Below are positions 7,133 to 13,326 of a stretch of DNA of 13,326 nucleotides, one piece after another (position 1 is the stretch's first letter; each line of letters opens with the position of its first letter). The position numbers and the translations under genes are program-made. The stretch spans positions 1 through 13,326 of the forward strand of contig JBGQJI010000062.1 of assembly GCA_041498975.1 (NCBI GenBank), given 5' to 3'. Source of the DNA: Candidatus Methylomirabilis sp. (GTDB lineage Bacteria > Methylomirabilota > Methylomirabilia > Methylomirabilales > Methylomirabilaceae). Under the pieces are notes generated by a model, which made no database searches, was not told the origin of the DNA, and was given only the letters and a program-made list of their open reading frames with translations.

Positions 7133-7528
7133 TCACTGCTTCACGTAGTTGCGGGTCATCTCGACCTCCGTGGCCTTCTTTCCAACCTTGCTCACGATGT
7201 TGACGTTGATCTGATCCTGAGGGGCCTTCTTGAACAGTATGAGGGTGTTCATGAGTGTTTCGGAGCTGAGTTGAGATATCTCCACGTTCCTACCGGTCTT
7301 CTCCTTGTAGTACTTCACCACCTCCCCATAGGGCGCGTTGGCCTTGAAGGTGACCTGAATCCAGTTGGTCCCTTCTCCCTTCCCCGAGTTGCGAACGATG
7401 CTGGAAGGGATCGCCTTGGGGTGAATCGGGAGACCGATGTCATCCAAGGCGAAGACGTGCGAAGTCGGAACTGCCGCGATCGCCATCGCAAGGGCGATCC
7501 TTGCAAGGATGCCGCGAGTGCATCGCAT
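7133..7528 (-). CDS. Small exported hypothetical protein (131 aa)
   Basis: ATG 7528 with GAGGAG 6 nt upstream. Sec-type signal MRCTRGILARIALAMAIAAVPTSHVFA, then a mature part starting LDDIGLPIHPKA with a VVKYYKEK amphipathic segment. Function not recognised. Confidence 0.8.
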   Translation of the reverse strand: MRCTRGILARIALAMAIAAVPTSHVFALDDIGLPIHPKAIPSSIVRNSGKGEGTNWIQVTFKANAPYGEVVKYYKEKTGRNVEISQLSSETLMNTLILFKKAPQDQINVNIVSKVGKKATEVEMTRNYVKQ

Positions 7529-7583
7529 CGAGCACTCCTCATCATCATGATGGCTATGAGTAAAGGGCTGAATCAAGCGACTC

Positions 7584-7612
7584 AGCATACTGCCTCTCCC
7601 TTGAGAAGTCAA
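7584..7612 (-). promoter_or_regulatory. Putative sigma70 promoter for the small exported protein
   Basis: TTGACT-17 nt-TATGCT on the minus strand, 55 nt upstream of ATG 7528. Confidence 0.65.
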
Positions 7613-7790
7613 CCGTTTTGGACGAGCTCTGGCGGCCTCAAGTTCCACGGCCAGCACCGAGTTCCCGTGTGGGAGCCCACGGCAAGTCCTTCGCTGAGCC
7701 CGACGCGCCTGAGCCCGCCCGCAGCAGCCGAAGCCCCCGTGGGTCGAGGGAAACCGAGGTCAACCTCCGGATTGGCATACCCGGGTCGCA

Positions 7791-10700
7791 TCAGCCTGCT
7801 GAAGAGCCCTCCCCACCGGACAGATTCCCCAGGCCGAACCGGCGTACCAGGGTGGGAACCACCACCAGGTTCAATGAGGTTGAGGTAAAAAGGCCGCCCA
7901 AGATCACCCATGCAAGTGGCCGCTGTAGCTCTTTCCCAGCCGGGCTTCCGAAGAGAAGCGGCACGAGGCCCACGGCGGCCACTGAAGCGGTCATCACGAT
8001 CGGATTCACCCGGTCCATCGATCCCTGTATCACGGCTTCCTGCAGCGTTTTTCCTTCGTCACGGATCAGCCTCTGGTAATGGGTGAGCAGGATAATGCCG
8101 TTGCGCGCCGCGATTCCGAACAGGGCGATGAACCCGATGAGGGAGGAGACGTTTAGGACCCGCCCCGTCAGGAAGGCAGCGCCCACCCCACCGATCAGGG
8201 CGAGTGGGAGGTTGGCGAGCACGAGGCACGCCGCCCTCACAGACCCGAACGCCTGGACCAGCAGGAGGAGGATCCCGGCGAAGGCTAACAACCCCAACCA
8301 GAGCAGGGTCCGTTGGCTGCGGAGCTGGCTCTCATGCTGCCCGCCGTACTCGATGAAGTAGCCTGCCGGCAAGACCACCTCCCCAGCGATCTGTCTCTTG
8401 ACCTTCCCGATGACGTCAGCCAGGTCCCGGCCGACCACGTTGAACTGCACGACGATCCTCCGCGAAAGATTCTCGCGATTCACGACGTACGGCCGCTCCT
8501 CGATCGCCACCTTCGCCACCATGCCCAGAGGAATCTTCAGCCCCCCAGGGGTATCCACCATCGCGTTCCTGATGGCGGCCACGTTGCGCGTCGAGTCGTT
8601 ATCGAAGCGGACGAGAAGGCCGAAACTTTTTTGCCCCTCCAGGATCTGCGACACCACTGTGCCGTTGAAGGCAGCCTCGATGAACCGACCGACCTCCTGT
8701 GCCTTCAGCCCGTACCGCGCGGCAGCCGAACGGTCGATCCTGATCACAAGCTGGGGCACGGCGACCTGGGGTTCCAGATTCAGGTCCACCACCCCATCGA
8801 TCCCCTCCAGGATTCTCAGGACATGGCGTCCCTTTTCCCGAAGCACGTCGAGATCCGGCCCGAAGATCTTGACCGCCACCTGCGCATGCACCCCGGTAAG
8901 AACCTCGTCGATCCTCTCGCCAATGAAGGCGCTCACCGCAAACGTAAGGCCGGGGATCTCCCGCAGGTCCTGGCGGATGGCCCGCAGCAGCCCGGCGGGT
9001 GACCCTGCCCCGAATCTCAACACGACATCGAATTCGCTGGCGTTCACCGGGAAGGCATCCTCATCCAGCTCAGACCTCCCTGCCCACTGGCCTACCGAGA
9101 CCACCTCCGGATGCTTCAACAGGCTCTCCTGGACCTGTCGCCCCAGGCGCATCGACTCGGCCAGGGAAGTCCCGGGCGGCGCAACCGCACGAATCACCAG
9201 GTTCCCCTCGTGGAAGGCAGGGAGGAATTCCCGGCGGAGAAAGGGGATCAGCGCCAGGGCCGCCGCGAGTAACACCGCAGAGACCCCGACTACCCAGCCC
9301 GGATGGCCCAGAGCCCACTCCAGGATCACCGCATACCATCCCTTCATCCTGGCCACCACCAGGCTCTCTCCGTCCCCTCCCGGCCATTTCTTGGCCCGGG
9401 TAAGAAACAGAGAACAGAGGACAGGTGTTTGCGTGAGCGCCACCAGCAACGACGCGGAGATGGCGACGATATACGCCACTCCTAGGGGCATGAAGATCTT
9501 GCCCTCCGGCCCCGACAGGAAGAAGACGGGGAGAAAGAAGAGCGCGACAATGGCCGTCGCATAGACAACCGATCCCCTGATCTCTCTCGAAGCATGGTAG
9601 ACGACGGACAGGGTCGGCTCAGGCGTCGGTTTCCGTCGATTCTCGCGGAGGCGCCTGAAGATATTCTCGACATCGATGATGGCATCATCCACCACCTCCC
9701 CCAGGGCGATGGAAAGCCCCCCTAAGGTCATCACGTTGACCCCGATCTTCAAGGCGCGGAGCATGATCAGGGTGAGGAAGAATGACATCGGCATGGCCAG
9801 AAAGCTGATGCCTGCCGGTCTGAGACTGAAGAAGAAGAGAAACAGGACTGCCAGGACGATGAGGCCGCCCTCAAGGAGGGCTTCGCCCAGGTTCTGCACG
9901 GCCGCCTCGATGAAGTTGGCCTGCCGGAAGACGGTGCGGTGCAGCCGGACGCCCGGAGGAAGCGTCCGCTCAAGCTCCCTCAGGGCTTCCTCCACCCCGT
10001 AGGTCGTTGTGAGGGTGTCGGCTCCAAAGAGCTTGAAGACGGCCCCGATGACCGCCGGAGTTCCGTTCAGGCTGCCATCGCCGCGTTTGACTTCCGAACC
10101 CACTCGAACTTCCGCGAGCTGTGCCAGGGTGACCGGGACCCCCTTGCGCGAGGCCACGACCGTGTTTCGAAGGTCCTCCAGCGAGCCGATGCGGCCCCGA
10201 CCGGTGACCACATACTCCTGATCCGAAGAGATCAAGAACCCGCCCGGGACATTGCTGTTCGATTGCTTCGCGGCCTCGACGACTTGCTGAAGGCTGATCC
10301 GATGATCTTGCAGCCTCTGCGGATTCACCAGGACCTGATACTGCTTGACCCCGCCTCCGATGGAAACGACGGAGGCCACCCCGGGGAGGGCCAGCAACCG
10401 TCGCTTGATTTCCCACTCTGCAAAGGTTCGGAGTGCAAGGGCTGCCTGTGGATCATCCCCCGCGCTCGAGGTGAGGCCGTACTTCAGCAGCTTGCCAAGG
10501 GAAGAGATGACAGGGAGCATCACGGGCTCCTTCACCCCCTCGGGAAATTGCTCCCGAGCCTGGCGAAGCCGCTCGTTTAAGAGCTGGCGGGTCAAGTAGA
10601 TATCGGTTCCCCATTCAAATACCACAGTGATGGCCGCGAGTCCGGGACTGGAAGAGGAACGCACGACGGCGATATTCGGGGTTCCGTTAAGGGCAGCCTC

Positions 10701-10907
10701 GATCGGGATGGTCACCTGAGCCTCAACCTCTTCGGCTGAAAAGCCCGGAACCTCGACCCGGATCTCCGCCTGCGGCGGCGCGAACTCAGGAAAGACATCG
10801 AGCGTGAGGTTCCTCGCGCTGATCGCGCCGGCGATCGCGACGAGCAAGGACCCGACCAGGACGAGCCGCCGATTGCGGAGCGACCACCCGATCAATGCGT
10901 CAAACAT
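7791..10907 (-). CDS. Heavy-metal efflux RND permease, CzcA/CusA family
   Basis: 1038 aa; LDVFPEFAPPQ, SAEEVEAQVTIPIE, TM4 ALGEVVDDAIIDVEN, FLPAFHEG, FGIAARNGII, RVNPIVMTA, GKELQRPLA. Metal specificity is not determinable by eye. Confidence 0.95.
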   Translation of the reverse strand: MFDALIGWSLRNRRLVLVGSLLVAIAGAISARNLTLDVFPEFAPPQAEIRVEVPGFSAEEVEAQVTIPIEAALNGTPNIAVVRSSSSPGLAAITVVFEWGTDIYLTRQLLNERLRQAREQFPEGVKEPVMLPVISSLGKLLKYGLTSSAGDDPQAALALRTFAEWEIKRRLLALPGVASVVSIGGGVKQYQVLVNPQRLQDHRISLQQVVEAAKQSNSNVPGGFLISSDQEYVVTGRGRIGSLEDLRNTVVASRKGVPVTLAQLAEVRVGSEVKRGDGSLNGTPAVIGAVFKLFGADTLTTTYGVEEALRELERTLPPGVRLHRTVFRQANFIEAAVQNLGEALLEGGLIVLAVLFLFFFSLRPAGISFLAMPMSFFLTLIMLRALKIGVNVMTLGGLSIALGEVVDDAIIDVENIFRRLRENRRKPTPEPTLSVVYHASREIRGSVVYATAIVALFFLPVFFLSGPEGKIFMPLGVAYIVAISASLLVALTQTPVLCSLFLTRAKKWPGGDGESLVVARMKGWYAVILEWALGHPGWVVGVSAVLLAAALALIPFLRREFLPAFHEGNLVIRAVAPPGTSLAESMRLGRQVQESLLKHPEVVSVGQWAGRSELDEDAFPVNASEFDVVLRFGAGSPAGLLRAIRQDLREIPGLTFAVSAFIGERIDEVLTGVHAQVAVKIFGPDLDVLREKGRHVLRILEGIDGVVDLNLEPQVAVPQLVIRIDRSAAARYGLKAQEVGRFIEAAFNGTVVSQILEGQKSFGLLVRFDNDSTRNVAAIRNAMVDTPGGLKIPLGMVAKVAIEERPYVVNRENLSRRIVVQFNVVGRDLADVIGKVKRQIAGEVVLPAGYFIEYGGQHESQLRSQRTLLWLGLLAFAGILLLLVQAFGSVRAACLVLANLPLALIGGVGAAFLTGRVLNVSSLIGFIALFGIAARNGIILLTHYQRLIRDEGKTLQEAVIQGSMDRVNPIVMTASVAAVGLVPLLFGSPAGKELQRPLAWVILGGLFTSTSLNLVVVPTLVRRFGLGNLSGGEGSSAG

Positions 10908-10939
10908 CGTAATCCCGTCGGTCCCCCTGCTCGCGGGCG

Positions 10940-12208
10940 CTAATCGGCATCGGTCTCCGCCTCTCCCCGTGGAGGCCCTGCAGTCCCCCCTTCGATCGCT
11001 CTTCGATAGAGAACCTCGAGCTGTCGCTTCCCGGTGGTCACCACCCGTTCGCCCCTCGTGAGACCCTCCTTCACCTCGACAAACCGGTCATCGCGATGCC
11101 CAAGAGAGACGGCGCGGCGCTCGTACCCGTCCGGGGTAGCCACGAACACCGCCTCCTCTTCGCCCTCGGCGAGGACGGCAGCCAGGGGGATCCCCAGTAC
11201 CTTAGATCGCCGTCTGATCACCACCGTCATCTGAGCGAACATGTTCGGCCGAAGCTGAGCGTCGGGAGGGTTATCGACCTCCGCCAGAAACTTGATCGTC
11301 CGCTTTTCCGGATCAACCGCCGCGCCGATGCTCGTGATGCGCCCTTCGAACGTGCGACCGGGAAATGCGGCAACCGTGAGCCGCACGAGCAGTCCACGTC
11401 GAAGCCGCGCGGCTTGAGATTCGAAGGCTTCGCCCTCTGCGAGGACGCGGTGCAGATCGGCCAGTCGAAAGAGGATCTGCTCCGGCTTCACCGCTTCTCC
11501 AAGGGCGACATTCCGCTCGACGATCACCCCGCCGATGGGGGCCCGGAGCATGAGCAAGGGCGACGCCCGAGAGGAAGTTTTCATCTGCTCGATCTCATTC
11601 TCGGCAATCCCGATAAGGCGCAGACGGGCCTCCAATCCCTCCACCTCGCGGGCAGCCTGCCTCTGTTCCATCTCTTTCCGCAACAGCTCTTTGAACGCGA
11701 TGGCCTTCCGGGCAGATAGCTCTCTGGCAAGGTCCCGATCGGTGTTGGCCAAGCCAAGCCTATTCCAAGCCTGGATCAGCACGGTCTGGAGATTTCCCAG
11801 TTCAAGGCTCCGGATCTCAACAAGCCTCTGGCCCTTCTCGACCGGGTCACCAGCGAGCCCCCAGGCGCCGAGGACCTTTCCCTCGATTCTGGCGCTGATC
11901 GCCGCCGTCAGATCGGGGTGGCTCCCGATCATCCCGTTCACCGCCATGATCTCTTCGATGGCGCGGAACTCAGCGGATTCCTCCTGAAGCCCGATCCTTT
12001 CCCGAATCGACAGCGGCACCTTGATCAGTCGAGTCTTCTCTACACCAAGGGCGGTCAAGACGGAGGCTTTGCCCGCAGGCTGGTCCCGTTCCCGATCCGA
12101 GACGGGGGTAGCCTTTGGGCTTCGAAGTTTCAGTGTGGCCACCCCTATCCCGACCGTGAGGAGGCCGAGGGTGAGGAGCGCGAAGAGGGCATTCCGCCAT
12201 CTCTTCAT
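10940..12208 (-). CDS. RND periplasmic adaptor (membrane fusion protein), CzcB/CusB-like
   Basis: N-terminal membrane anchor (ALFALLTLGLLTVGIGVATL), ISARIEGKV...GDPVEKGQ, RAPIGGVIVERNVALGE, LRPNMF, GLTRGERVV. Start is ATG 12208 (AAGGGG upstream) or 12229. Confidence 0.93.
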   Translation of the reverse strand: MKRWRNALFALLTLGLLTVGIGVATLKLRSPKATPVSDRERDQPAGKASVLTALGVEKTRLIKVPLSIRERIGLQEESAEFRAIEEIMAVNGMIGSHPDLTAAISARIEGKVLGAWGLAGDPVEKGQRLVEIRSLELGNLQTVLIQAWNRLGLANTDRDLARELSARKAIAFKELLRKEMEQRQAAREVEGLEARLRLIGIAENEIEQMKTSSRASPLLMLRAPIGGVIVERNVALGEAVKPEQILFRLADLHRVLAEGEAFESQAARLRRGLLVRLTVAAFPGRTFEGRITSIGAAVDPEKRTIKFLAEVDNPPDAQLRPNMFAQMTVVIRRRSKVLGIPLAAVLAEGEEEAVFVATPDGYERRAVSLGHRDDRFVEVKEGLTRGERVVTTGKRQLEVLYRRAIEGGTAGPPRGEAETDAD

Positions 12209-12295
12209 CAAGTCCCCTTTTTCATGCACCGAGACGGAAATCCCGGCACGAGGCGTTCAATTCACTCTCTAAGGCAACGTTGTGGACTAACCAAT

Positions 12296-12646
12296 CTAAA
12301 TGTGTGCGGGAAACGCAACGGAGTGCGGCGACGTCACGTGGGGGTCGTCGGATCGTGGAAGGCTGAAGGAATTGCGAGCAATCGGTAGCCTGCAAATCGG
12401 CTTCGAAAGGGAGTCGATCCCGTGCAATTCAGCAACAGCGCAGGGAACCCCCGGAATGATAACCGCCGGGTGAGGCAGCGAATTGACGGCGTCTTCCCCG
12501 GCCTGCACCCTGACTTGGACAACACCCCCATCGAAGGTGTCGGACATGTCGAAGTCAAACGCATCAAGGGGGAGGTACACGAGGAGGAAAGCCAAAAAGG
12601 CGAGACACACTCGCCTGCGACTCTCACCGGCATTCTCATTTTCCAT
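12296..12646 (-). CDS. Small membrane-anchored hypothetical protein leading the RND operon (116 aa)
   Basis: ATG 12646 with GGGAGG 8 nt upstream, downstream of a predicted promoter. RRR is followed by the hydrophobic VCLAFLAFLLVYLPL, an acidic DAFDFDMSDTFD segment and a Pro/Ser/His-rich tail. Confidence 0.6.
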   Translation of the reverse strand: MENENAGESRRRVCLAFLAFLLVYLPLDAFDFDMSDTFDGGVVQVRVQAGEDAVNSLPHPAVIIPGVPCAVAELHGIDSLSKPICRLPIARNSFSLPRSDDPHVTSPHSVAFPAHI

Positions 12647-12702
12647 GGCCGATCCTCCCACGGCTTCAGGCCCCCACAGCCACTCGAGGCTCCTGGGCCG
12701 CA

Positions 12703-12732
12703 ACGATACCAACTTTCGACCTGCGCCGTCAA
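12703..12732 (-). promoter_or_regulatory. Putative sigma70 promoter of the leader-MFP-RND operon
   Basis: TTGACG-18 nt-TATCGT with an extended -10 TG (TGgTATCGT), 56 nt upstream of ATG 12646. Confidence 0.55.
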
Positions 12733-12878
12733 CCGCCTTGTCTGTTGCCACCACGCGATGGATTATTCTCACTCGATCCCGTTTTTCCGCTGTCGCGGGT
12801 ATGATCTCCACATCGACAGAATCAGATGGAGATTATCCCCGGACAGAATCGCTCTACCAATCACAAGAACGTTTTTGC

Positions 12879-12908
12879 TTGACAGACCTGGGGCAACTCG
12901 CCTATAAG
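12879..12908 (+). promoter_or_regulatory. Putative sigma70 promoter, divergent, for the gene at 13159
   Basis: TTGACA (12879-12884), 18 nt, TATAAG (12903-12908). Confidence 0.6.
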
Positions 12909-13158
12909 AAAACCGAGTTTCTCGTACTGTCATATTCTCAACAGTGCGAATCGACAGGCGGACGGCGCGACGAGTGGCTCTCGGGGATCGAAGGAGGTGA
13001 GGCCGGAGCAGACGCGGCGGCGCCCCAGGCGGGACCCGGCGCGACAGGGGGGAGCGCCGGGGCACAGCCCCCGCCCGACCACCCGGGCGCCACAAGACGA
13101 CCACGCGGAGCGACGACGGGCAGATCCTGAACTCCATCCAACCCAAGGAGGCGGTGCA

Positions 13159-13326
13159 ATGCGACGATGGGCAAGTCTTCCTCTCACACTCCTGTTCGCG
13201 TGCGGCCTGGCCCTGCCAGCCTGGGCGAACAGCGAGCTGCACCCCGGGGCGCGGCTCTTCTACCCCCTGTGGGACGTCTCGACCCCCAACCGGCTGACCT
13301 TCATCATCGTCACCCGCGAGGCGCTC
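13159..13326 (+). CDS. Exported hypothetical protein, N-terminal fragment (continues beyond the window)
   Basis: Not in the ORF track. AAGGAGG (13145-13151) precedes ATG 13159: MRRWASLPLTLLFACGLALPAWA-NSELHPGARLFYPLWDVSTPNRLTFIIVTREAL. Clear signal peptide with an AWA cleavage site; the frame is open to the window end. Confidence 0.8.
   Translation, partial: MRRWASLPLTLLFACGLALPAWANSELHPGARLFYPLWDVSTPNRLTFIIVTREAL

Noticed and set aside
8398..9564. 388-aa plus-strand ORF and neighbouring antisense ORFs
   Set aside because: Antisense to the RND gene with Ser/Arg/Thr/Pro-rich composition; a shadow frame.
12757..12771. Fur-like box built on an ATTCTCA half-site (also at 12633 and 12934)
   Set aside because: Only half-sites; the partner halves match the 7-1-7 consensus poorly.
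12926..12945. LexA-like box ACTGT-N10-ACAGT
   Set aside because: The spacer is 10 nt, not the 8 nt of CTGT-N8-ACAG; only a 5-bp inverted repeat.
1..13326. CRISPR array, tRNA/rRNA, transposase or integrase genes
   Set aside because: No regularly spaced repeats, tRNA/rRNA signatures or recombinase motifs were seen.

Overview
GC-rich bacterial window with almost all genes on the minus strand. Bases 1-6938 hold a tetrahydromethanopterin (H4MPT)/methanofuran-linked formaldehyde oxidation cluster, transcribed fae -> mtdB -> SDR -> fwdD -> fwdB/fhcB -> fwdA/fhcA -> ftr/fhcD (partial, runs off the left edge). The B subunit keeps the [4Fe-4S] cysteines and the Mo/W-ligand Cys-His, and a separate FwdD gene precedes it. 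It therefore resembles a redox-active formylmethanofuran dehydrogenase inside a bacterial Fhc-type gene order rather than the cofactor-less FhcB of proteobacterial methylotrophs. From memory this layout resembles NC10/Methylomirabilota; the taxonomy is inference. An unexplained SDR with dihydropteridine-reductase-like features sits inside the cluster. Bases 7133-12646 hold a small exported protein and a heavy-metal RND unit (small membrane-anchored leader ORF, CzcB-like MFP, CzcA/CusA-like pump, no outer-membrane factor). A divergent exported-protein gene with a long structured leader starts at 13159. Several intergenic regions carry palindromic repeats, long hairpins and sigma70-like promoters. 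All calls come from motif recognition by eye; no searches were run.
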